64,000 bases of DNA, taken from positions 3,472,001 through 3,536,000 of the forward strand of contig CM106585.1 of the NCBI GenBank assembly GCA_048013815.1. Direction: 5' to 3'. This DNA comes from Setoptus koraiensis (Eukaryota; Animalia; Arthropoda). The notes under the pieces are model-generated. The model saw only the letters and a list, made by a program, of their open reading frames with translations, was not told where the DNA came from and did not search any database. The translations under genes and the position numbers were made by a program. Position 1 is the stretch's first letter, and each line of letters opens with the position of its first letter. Shown here piece by piece: positions 37,415-47,782 of this stretch.

Positions 37415-40400
37415 ATGATCGAGCCATCAAGCCAAGCCATGGATTCTATGACCAAGCCTCCCTCTATGTTCCAATTCGCACAAGTGGCCAATTCATCTCA
37501 CAAGTCACAATCATCTCCTACTCCATCTGATGGAAGCTCAAATCAAGAGGATAATTATCATCAGTACCATGAACCTCTTGATCCACCAAACACTGATGTT
37601 TCTATTTTACACTCGCCCACTTTAGATAGCTCAAATATGAGTTCGCCATTGTTGCCAAATTTTAATGCTTCTCGTTCTCTGTTACTAAACGCAGTTGTTC
37701 CTCCACCACCGCCACCACAACAAACGCAACACATACATTTAAATTCAAATTTGAGATCGGGAATATTTAATAATAATCATAATAATGGTAACGCGACTAA
37801 TTCAGCAATATCTTACGCCCCTACAACAAGAAACCAATGCTCATTTAATAATCACAATATGACTAATCAAGATCATATAAGCATTAGTGACGACAATAAC
37901 AATATGAAATTAACTAATGATAATAACCATGAACAAAAACACAATAATCAGCACAATTGCAATCCCGCTACAAGTTTCTCCTCGCGAAATATTATACAAC
38001 AAAATGTACAAGACGTCTCCGAAGATATCTATTTATGTTATGTTACATTGAAATCAAAAGATGGCTCTAAGAATCTTAGAGGCATCAAGTCTTCAAGTTC
38101 CAATCTGTTTTGTTCTAACAACAACAACTCAGCTCATTTGGACGAGATAGAAAAATATGAGGAGGTTGAAGATGTAGAAGGAGAACCAAGCGCTGATAAT
38201 ACTCCCATTAATAGTCCATTTATATCGCCAACTAAATCAAATTTGAAAATCTCTATTGAACCATCTGATTTGCGTTACCATTGTATTAGGGAATTGATAG
38301 AAACTGAATTCAATTATGTCAAAGCCTTAGAAATGATCATTGATTGTTTTGCCAGACCTTTGGAGAAATATTTACGAAAAGAGGATGCCATGCTCATATT
38401 TAATCACATTAAACAATTTCAGAGGATTCACACTCTTTTCCACGGATATCTAGTTAAAAGTTGCAAGCAAAACACAGATAATACCAATCAAGGTAAATCC
38501 GGATTGTCTCCTTTCAACTCTAATGTTACAATACATACTTCAAGTAACCCCTCAACACCAACAAGTCTAGATAGTATTTCATCACCACACAATTTTCCTC
38601 AATCAAATAATCTCAACCCTTCAAATACATCACCCGCTGGATCGTTCAAATCACAATTACAATCCATAGATGTCTCTAATAAATTGTCATCCTGCTTTCT
38701 GCATTTTAAAGATAAGCTCGTACTTTATGGTGACTATTGTGCGACACTATCTAAGGCGCAAAATCTTATAGATGAGCTCTGTTCTAGGAATGAATTATTT
38801 GCCATGCAAATAGAACGTTGTCAACACGAAGCTAATGAAGGAAAATTCAAATTGCGCGACCTACTATCTTTACCAATGCAAAGAATTTTAAAATATCATC
38901 TTTTGTTGTCACAACTTATAAAAAACACACCGACTACACACGAGGATTATGATGGTCTCAAAAGAGCGCATGACGCTATGATGGACTTAGGTCAATACAT
39001 CAATGAAGTCAAGCGTGATACTGAGGCTCTTCAGATTATCAACGATATACAGAACTCGATTAGTGAGCTTGAGCTTCCGCCAGACACTCATTTGGTTGAT
39101 TATGGTCGACTCGTTAAAGATGGTGAACTCAGGGTGAAATCTCTGGATGATTCAAAAGTCAAGAGCCGATATGTTTTTGTTTTTGACAAAGTCATCCTTA
39201 TGTGCAAATCATTTAGGGGTGTACGAGGAGAACAATACAGTTACAAAGAGGCGATTGTTCTAAATGAATATGAAATAAATGATAGTATAATTGCCACGAA
39301 CCTTCAACATGCTAAGCACACAACAAAAGAGAAGTGGAGCCACTATTTTAGTTTAGTGAAAAATGGAGACAAGTATATGTACACTTTCTTTGCCAAGACA
39401 TTGGAAAGTAAGAATAAATGGTTGGATTACATAAAAAAAGCTATGGATAATAGTAGACCAGCAGTATGTCGCCAGGGCAAAACAAATCATGCCTTCTTAA
39501 TGCATACTTTTGATAAAGCAACAAGTTGTGATCATTGCTCAAAGTTATTGCATGGACGCTACTACCAAGGTTACAGATGTAAAGTATGCTTCTTATCTGC
39601 TCACAAGCAATGCCTCATAAAAACAAGAGCCTGTGGATTGCCGTCGGTGCCTCCTAGATTTTTATCAACCACACCTCTATCGGGCCTAGATTTTAAAGAG
39701 CCTCCCTCTCCATCAATGAAGTCTAATTGTTCTGATGATAGCAACAATGTATTTATTAACTTTGCTCACTCTGGAAACGCTTCACCTGGCCACAGTTTTA
39801 TATTTGGTAGGCAACAAAAATACAGCAATATCACTGAAGATAATGCCAATCTACAATTTATTGGGCAGAGACAACCCACTTTGAGTACAGGCTCCTCCAA
39901 AGATCTCACGTCAGTCATAAATGTGAGCCTCCAAAACTCCTCAAATAACCTGATCGAACAAAGACGGATGCTAGGCCAATACAGCGGCAGCAAATCAACT
40001 CCAGCGATCAATCAATTATCTGCCGCCAAGGTTATCGCTATTGCATCTTTTGAAGGACAGAATGGACAGCTATCGATAAAAGCAGGGGATCCTTTAGCGG
40101 TTTATCAATCAATGGTTAAGCAGAACTCAAGAATTAATCCTGAAAAACCAGGCTGTAGCCTCTACCCCAGCAAGTCCGACACTACATGGTGGTTGGGTAG
40201 AAATCTAAGAACTGGCCAAGAGGGGCATTTTCCATCAAACATTGTGGTCTATGCGACTGAGCGCAAACGGGTTTCGTATGAAGATCCTCAGCATACACTA
40301 GATAGCATAGATGGTTTGTTGGAATCTGGACAACCACGTTATGGTAATATTAGTCCCCAAAGTCTGACTGTGGATGGTCCTGGCAATCTTTTATTCTTTG

Positions 40401-40845
40401 GAGGTGGCCGAAACTATGTGAATTATGTTTCAGAGGATTATCCATGGTTCTCAGGTCGGATGGAACGAGACAGAGCTCAATCTGTTCTGAAGAATAAGCC
40501 ACACGGAACATTTCTAGTTCGGATAAGCCCAAAACAAAACGGTTGTTATGTGATAAGCTTAAATTACAATGGCCAAGTCAAACATATGCGCATTCACGTG
40601 ACTGAGGACAATCAATTTTTCCTATCACAAACGAGGTACTTCAAAAGTCTAGCAGAATTGGTAGCATGGTAAGTTTAATATTGTTACATTTCACAATCTA
40701 TAATCCTAATCAAGATGATAAAATCTAAACAAGGTTTCTTTATTCTTTTTCCATCTTTTCTAGGTACGAAAGAAATAGTCTCATGGAAAGCTTCCATCTG
40801 CTAGACACCCGTTTAGTTTTACCGTTCAAAGTATCTAATAGATGA
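37415..40845 (+). CDS. vav: Vav-family Rho/Rac GEF (acidic-DH-PH-C1-SH3-SH2; about 1111 aa)
   Basis: DH (RELIETEFNYV..LSLPMQRILKYHLLL), PH (DYGRLVKDGEL), C1 (H..TFDKATSCDHCSKLL..YQGYRC), SH3 (WWLGRN..GHFPS), SH2 (WFSGRMER..GTFLVR). Exons 37415-40668 and 40764-40845 (phase 2). The start ATG is inferred. Confidence 0.9.
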
Positions 40846-41619
40846 TTATTATGGACAATTTAAAATGAATATATGTAAGCCTAAGCTAACAGTGTTTGAA
40901 TAATCAAGGAATAGATCTCATGATTTTTGTTATCAATACCAGTACTAATAAATGACGCACGGCTTCCTCAGCATTTAAGCTATGGTAGAAATTGTCTGTT
41001 GTGTATACTCTCCACTGGGGTCTACTCTTGAAGACTTGCCAAGACAAAACCAGCGCAACCGATCTAGATACGAAATTCTCAACTTACTCTGTTATCGAAT
41101 CTAAGTATCAAAATCGGGCGAATATGAACTATACCTGTGTGGACTTTTTATTTGTTCGGGCAATATAATTCAGGAAAACCGCAACACGAAATGCTCGTCA
41201 TTTCTATTTCTGGATTGTGTGATAATCTTTTTTTGTTGTTATTCTATAGGAATATATACAATAACGTATAAACGTAGCATATACATTATTATATATATAT
41301 ATACATATTTATATCAAAAATTTAAATTTAAGCAATGACGGGTATCTGACGTAGGTATGCTGTATACATCTCTGAGTGTTACTTTTTTCGATCTTTCAAG
41401 TACTTTCATTGGACATTTTACTATTGTGTGATAAATTATTCATATAATCTTATCACTTGTATCATTAGTCATTATAGTTAGTTAAGTTTAACTATTATTC
41501 GAACTAAACCATCTGAAAAAGTTGAAATTAAAAGAATAGAGAAACACAATAGAGAATATCCACATTGATCTGTGATATATTATGATAGATACATAAATAA
41601 AGATAAAGAGATAAATAAC

Positions 41620-44001
41620 ATGATTTTACAATTTGCGGCGTTTGCCATAATTTTATATGGCTCATGGGCTACAGTTGCTCTCGGGGCTGCTGCCTCGCAA
41701 CCTAGTTCCATGCAGCCACAATTGGATCAAATGGGAAACTTGAACCAACTGCTGAGCTCTTATGGCAATTTAAACAAATTGATGAATGGTGACCAAGGGC
41801 TAACCGGTGATGTTATGTCAACTGTTCAGTCTGGACTAATAAACAACAATTCGAATGTTCGTTCAACGACTAATTCAATTGGAAATAAGTCAACGAAAAA
41901 TATCAGTAATACGACTAGCAAGACGCTTTCGAATATCTTTAGCAATCAGGCCTCATACAACAAACCGGTCGTAACTACCGGAACTGAGATTTTAGATGAC
42001 GATGACGACGATGAAGACGAACAGCAACAGTATCAACCTAGCATGGTGTCGAACATCGCGCAGCCACTGGCAACGCCAGCAATTGTTCCGCAACAAAATA
42101 ACATGAGACAACAACAGCTCAAAACCCAGCCTCAAACTGTCCCATATCAATCGACAAGTGGACCAATTCAAAATTTGAAACCAACTCAGCTCCCGGTAGG
42201 CCAAAAGACTCCAGTCAATTCTGCAACTCGGTCAGTGGTCAATAAACAATCTGCTCCAACGCAAACTAAACCCTTGTTACCCAGGCTAAACCACCAAGCA
42301 TACGGCATGACACCGATCAATTCTGGTGAATATCCAACTGATGAAGAGAACTATGGTCAGCATTACGACCAGCAATACGATCCACAGTACGGTCATCCAG
42401 TGTCTAACTATCAAGATCAGGATGAGTTATATCCATCCAATGAGGAAGACTCACACCTATCGCCATACTACCCTGGTGAACCTAAAAAACCAAAGAGCCC
42501 ACTGACTAGTGAGCATCTGGCATTGAAACAACGCTTGCTAGATCTATACGAGAAGGCTACTAAGGATGACGACGACAACATCGAGCCTCCGCAAAATCCG
42601 CCCCCAAAGAATAAGGTTTACAAAGAGCACTTAGGCAAAGTTTTAAGGGCGATCAGTTCTCGCAAGTTAGCCAGCGATAAAGTTAAAAATGTTCTTCTAA
42701 CTGATCCACTGGCCGAATCGAATTACAATCCTTATCATCAACCAGAGAGTGCGCCCTATCTTTCTGATCCTAATGAAAATTATTCTAAGTATTACGAAGA
42801 GGAACGCATTGTTTCGCATCACACTAAAGGACCAAGCAACAGGAATAACAACTATCCTGAGGACTGGGAAAATCATCACTATGCAACCAACCAAGAAGGA
42901 TATGATGAGAACGACTATGAACAAGAGGACTCTAGAGAAGCAGAAATTAACAAACAAAATCAGGTTGCTACTGTCAGAAATCAATTGGACGAGACATTGG
43001 ATCAATTGATACCACATTTTCAATCGCAATTCTCGCCAGAATTCATCGAAAATTTAAATGAGGTAGACGATGAAAACCTTAGCCCAGTCGAGTCATTGAT
43101 GAAAAAATTGATAACATGCTCATTGAATCCGGAGCAATGTTCCACCGATACAATAGTTCAACCTACTGAACAAAACAGAGAAACGAATGAATACAATTCA
43201 TTCACGCCTGGCATTGATAATCCCTATGTAAACGAGGATGTAAATGAATATAATATGCAAAATGAAGAAGAATATCAATCAAACGAGGTGGATAACGGCG
43301 ACACATATCAGCAAGAATATGAAGAAGAGCAACCTGTGGCGTCACCATTCGGAGGACACACTAATAATCAAGCACCATACCCACCACGAGTGGCCCAGCA
43401 ACAGAAGCCTCTTAGACCAGTCAATACCCACCAAATGCCAGCTCTGAAACAAATGTTACCCAGAAAAAACAATCCAACATATCAAAGTAATGTTTATGAA
43501 CCAGGTAGACAAAGCCAGCAATCATCTAGACAGCAACAGCACCCTTCAATGATCCCCCAACAGAAGTGGGGTCAAGTAGATTTCAGCAATAAAATTCCAC
43601 AAACAAATCAACCAACTGGCCACAACGTCCGACCAGTGTATTCTTCGAATGCAACAATCAAACCTCAGAGAGCTTCAATTCCAACGAGATCGTCACCGTT
43701 TCAACAACAAGCAACTCAAAATAATATAAAACCAGCAGATCCTGCGAGCAAAATCTTCGGAAACGCATCAGCGGGTAAGAAGATTCCTGGCGTATCTAAT
43801 CAAAGCACAACTTTTCATCCTGCGCAGCAGATGTCATCGATGATAAAAAAAGTGGCCCCAAACAAATTGCTGAACAACAAACCAACCAATGGCTTTGGTG
43901 GAGTGCAAGTCTCACCAGCGGTGGCACAAAAGATCCCGTTCAATGGTATGAAACAACCGCAGCAGGTGACTAATTCACAACGACAATCTATGGTGTACTA
44001 A
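41620..44001 (+). CDS. Orphan secreted Q/N/P/S-rich, acidic low-complexity protein (single exon, about 793 aa)
   Basis: Long uninterrupted ORF. ATG 41620 starts a signal-peptide-like segment (MILQFAAFAIILYGSWATVALG). No family recognised. Confidence 0.8.
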   Translation: MILQFAAFAIILYGSWATVALGAAASQPSSMQPQLDQMGNLNQLLSSYGNLNKLMNGDQGLTGDVMSTVQSGLINNNSNVRSTTNSIGNKSTKNISNTTSKTLSNIFSNQASYNKPVVTTGTEILDDDDDDEDEQQQYQPSMVSNIAQPLATPAIVPQQNNMRQQQLKTQPQTVPYQSTSGPIQNLKPTQLPVGQKTPVNSATRSVVNKQSAPTQTKPLLPRLNHQAYGMTPINSGEYPTDEENYGQHYDQQYDPQYGHPVSNYQDQDELYPSNEEDSHLSPYYPGEPKKPKSPLTSEHLALKQRLLDLYEKATKDDDDNIEPPQNPPPKNKVYKEHLGKVLRAISSRKLASDKVKNVLLTDPLAESNYNPYHQPESAPYLSDPNENYSKYYEEERIVSHHTKGPSNRNNNYPEDWENHHYATNQEGYDENDYEQEDSREAEINKQNQVATVRNQLDETLDQLIPHFQSQFSPEFIENLNEVDDENLSPVESLMKKLITCSLNPEQCSTDTIVQPTEQNRETNEYNSFTPGIDNPYVNEDVNEYNMQNEEEYQSNEVDNGDTYQQEYEEEQPVASPFGGHTNNQAPYPPRVAQQQKPLRPVNTHQMPALKQMLPRKNNPTYQSNVYEPGRQSQQSSRQQQHPSMIPQQKWGQVDFSNKIPQTNQPTGHNVRPVYSSNATIKPQRASIPTRSSPFQQQATQNNIKPADPASKIFGNASAGKKIPGVSNQSTTFHPAQQMSSMIKKVAPNKLLNNKPTNGFGGVQVSPAVAQKIPFNGMKQPQQVTNSQRQSMVY

Positions 44002-44610
44002 GACTCGATGACAATGATTTAGACCTAAAATCACAACAATGATCATCATGGCTAGCACTGGCAGTAAGTTCAAATCTAGATAGTTGGAGTTATAATTCAA
44101 CGGCGGCTTCATTTAGAGTGAGCTGATGATATAATGATAAATATGCAAATAAGTGTGCCTCTAGGCTCATATAATGAATTTATATAAACCATATATAAGG
44201 CCAGTATATATCTATGTGTACCTGATGAAAACAATTGTCCTTAAATTCAATTTCAATTGCGCCATATCATCTATAAATAAAAAGATCTATATAAACAACT
44301 GGAAAGAGTCTCGAATTCTATACTGACATGATGACAGAGTATCTTACGATCTAGATTAAGCAAGGGTTCGATTGAATCGTATTGAATGATATCCGATATA
44401 GACTGATTTGAGCTATGTGAGAAATCTGATTCGCTCATTAAATACCACTCAAATTCTCTCTCTTCATCTTGCAAGAGTTGTCGTTTATTCGCTATTTCCC
44501 TTTATTGATAGGATGATCTTGTTGTTGAAATGAATTGGAAAACACAAAGGTCTTGATCATTTTTGTTTTTGTCCTTGTTTTATCTGATTGAATCTATGCG
44601 TGCTATACCA

Positions 44611-45275
44611 TCAATTGAGTTTATCTATTTTGATGACATTCATCAATAATTTGATTGCAGAATTGTTGGCAGCTGCACTGTTGGATACAAGATTAGTCTG
44701 CAATTTCGCAACTCCTTTCCTAATGGCATCTTGTTTAGCCTCCAATGTCGACGGAGCCTGAATTACTGTTAATGTTTCATCTATTATTGCAGTGGTCCCA
44801 CATCCGGCAACATTGCTAATTATATTTTTCACTTTGTCATCTTGCACAAGAAGACTTAAGTCACCTATATCAATTTCATGTGTTGGACAATCAAAATTTC
44901 AACATTTCATTACTATCGTAATTGTGCTGCTGATATTTTGATGCAACTAAACTTGATTGACTTACCAAAGACTTCTTTTTGTTGTTTCGTTGGCCCGATT
45001 TTCGATTCTCCGCTGATTATCGAAAATGTATCCTGAGCAATTGACTGAGTTGTGCGGATATACAACAGCGACAAAAATAAATTGATTCATTAGATGATGG
45101 TCGAAAATAGATACAATGTTAGCTTGTAGTCACTTACTTCGATGTCTTTGTGCTTTGAGCTGATTAAGTTGATCAATTTCATAGTTCCCTGATCGTCTTC
45201 ATCATCGGAGGACGGATCGCACTCGTTTCCTGTTTTGTTGATAGAGTTACACGATGGCGCCGCCATACTTGACAT
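44611..45275 (-). CDS. Small spliced hypothetical protein (3 exons, about 156 aa); may be the 3' part of a larger gene
   Basis: Exons 45275-45138, 45044-44966 and 44864-44611. Both donors are GTAAGT; introns are 93 and 101 bp; phases 0 and 1 rebuild one open frame. Confidence 0.55.
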
Positions 45276-45296
45276 TGCAATGGCCCTTCTATCACT

Positions 45297-47160
45297 CTAA
45301 ACAATTTATGTTGATATATTTCAGTTTGTTTGATCGTTGTTTGCACTATTCTTGTTCAGGCTACACGCTTTAGATGAGATGTATCTTTGAACGACGACAT
45401 GCTCGCTTTCTTTCGTTTGTTTGTTGGATTTGTCGTATTTGTCCCTCTAATTATATCTTGAACTTTACTTCACTGGACAACAACAACAAAAACGATATTT
45501 TTTAATATTTGAAGAGCTTCAGTAATGACAGTTGGGCTAGTTTAGTTTGGACGACAATCTATGGCCATTAGTTTGTGACATAGTTGCATCATGTATCTGT
45601 AAACACACAAGGTTCACAGAAACCATTTCTTGTTGCCTTCGTAAAGTATAAGCACTCACTGATTTGGTCTAGGAAGAAATACTGCATAATGATAGTTTCG
45701 ATTCTTTGAGTAGAAGAATTGAGACGGGAAGACATGTCAGATTGCATGCTTACACAAGATAGATTTGAGTGGCCTTTACGCTATGCTGGTAAGAATTGTT
45801 CGGCAATGCGCACCAGACCAGAGAACAATTGCTAGAAAGTTTACTCACAAGTAAGGTGGTTGTTAAATTCTTGAAAACTTGTTAACCTTTATCCAATGCT
45901 GTCGCACACTATTTGAAGCGCTATGCTCCCATAATGTAAACTCTTCATACGGTAACGAATACCCAGTGGCGACTGAAAAAGAACTAACTCAAGCAATGAG
46001 CCAATTATCACCTTCTTGTGGAGCAAGACGAACAATTATTTGAGGAAAATCAATCTCCTATCGTTGCAATAAACATGAGCAAACATTGTCACAACCATTG
46101 CCAAGTTAGCGTCTGATCTTCCATAAAGAACTCTTTGGCGAGCTTGCTTGAACAGCAACATTGAGCTGTCAAAAAGTGACAAAACCCATTCTTGTCAATC
46201 AATCTGCAGTGACCAATGCTCAAGTAGAAAATTTTTCTATCTTGTGAACTGCAGAATGCTTGTGGCTAAATTTCTACAAAAGCCTATGAAATAGATATTT
46301 ATGAATGGTTCATTTGAAACTTGCACAACGCGCCTGTGCTTTTGTGAGATAAATTCGCAGCTCTTACATAACAATCGAGTCAGGAGATCCGATCATGTGC
46401 AGCACACAGCACAGAAAGTGTTGAGAAATAGTTAAGTATTCACAAACTTTGTCAGTTGAGCGCTATTCACTCTGGCATGAAATTGCACTTGTTGCTTACA
46501 AGCCGTTGGTTACACCCATAATGGACAATCCGTCTGACAATATGTGAATATAACTGCTAATTAATCACGAGATCGACAAATCTTGTCACGACAACCAGAA
46601 GTCCATTACTGCAAGAAAATAATCGACTCTAGTAGGAACAAAGCAACAAGATTAGGCTAATTAAGTTGAGTTGAGCTAATTACTCTCACCAAATCATCAT
46701 GTTTCTGCTGTTATTAACTGTTCTGATGGCAACATTACCGATCGTGTCGCCCAACACTGTATATCGCAATGTTTGAGTGTTATAATGTTGCAATAAATAG
46801 AGAGAATCCTCGAAATTATTCGAGATGTTACAAGTTGATGTTAGCAGCTGTGACTCATGATCCATATCCCAAGAGTGCATCCACTTTGACTTCCCTCTAG
46901 CATGCAAGCGCCATATTCTTCTTTCGTCCGAATGCTAATCGACCCAAGCGCGAAAGTTCGTACAACAACTTTTATTGTCTGACTTGTCTCAACAAGCGAT
47001 TCTGCAACTTATCTAGTTACAATTATGCTTACTCAAATGCTACTCTGGCTTATGGTTCACCAAACTTTGACTCTATTGGTCAATGTACCAATAAACATAG
47101 TCCAAGTTGTTATGTCATTCCCCTATCAATCTTCTCTGATACTAATTGAGAATTGATACT
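45297..47160 (-). pseudogene. Candidate decayed multi-exon gene with WD40-like fragments
   Basis: Canonical-looking introns at 46689-46609 (GTGAGA...TTTTCTTGCAG) and 45659-45597 (GTGAGT...TTTACAG). Flanking protein-like frames (MFIGTLTNRVKVW; VLGDTIGNVAIRTV) carry several in-frame stops. Confidence 0.35.
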
Positions 47161-47782
47161 GATACTTGAAATCATTTAGCTACTGTGTCGTATGGCAAGT
47201 CTATTTGATGAAAAGTCTAACAATAGATGATTACGTTGCTAAAGATATTGGGATACCGTGATCAATAGTACTCTCTACTCCACACATTGCTGATAAGAGA
47301 CTGAATGATTCTAGTTATCTTTATGTGGAAATACGACCCAACAACTAATAGCTCAACAAGAAACTAATTCCGAGTAATATGATTTCTGGAATCACATCAG
47401 TGGCTGTTTTCCTTTATTTGTTCAATACTACTCATTTGTCAATCGGTTTGGTTATCTCGAGAATAAACTTTGCTCTTCATCATCGGATAATCAATAAAAT
47501 ACGCGAAACTAACATTTTTTGAATTCATTCTTAGTGATGATTTAGAGAAGTACCGAGCAACTTCGATCTATTTGACAACAATATAATATATAAAAAATAA
47601 ACATTCAAGTTTTTAACATGGTATTTCTGAGCTGCAAACATCCTCTTTAAATACCGAATAAAATGTGTTAATACTAATAATCACAATTCGGTAACTAAAG
47701 AGTTTGAGTGGACACTCAATCACATCGCGATAACCTTAGTATTCAGACTAGACATGTATAAACAAAGACTACTAATGGATTC

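Noticed and set aside
40924-41031. Frame DARLPQHLSYGRNCLLCILS in register with an SH3 N-terminal half
   Set aside because: No ALYDY-like or WW/GxFP motifs, no phase-compatible splice from the SH2 exon, and it is closed by a stop. Chance-level similarity.
46901-47149. 82-codon plus-strand open frame after a good acceptor
   Set aside because: It is antisense to the better-supported minus-strand exon fragments, and has no start, donor or homology.
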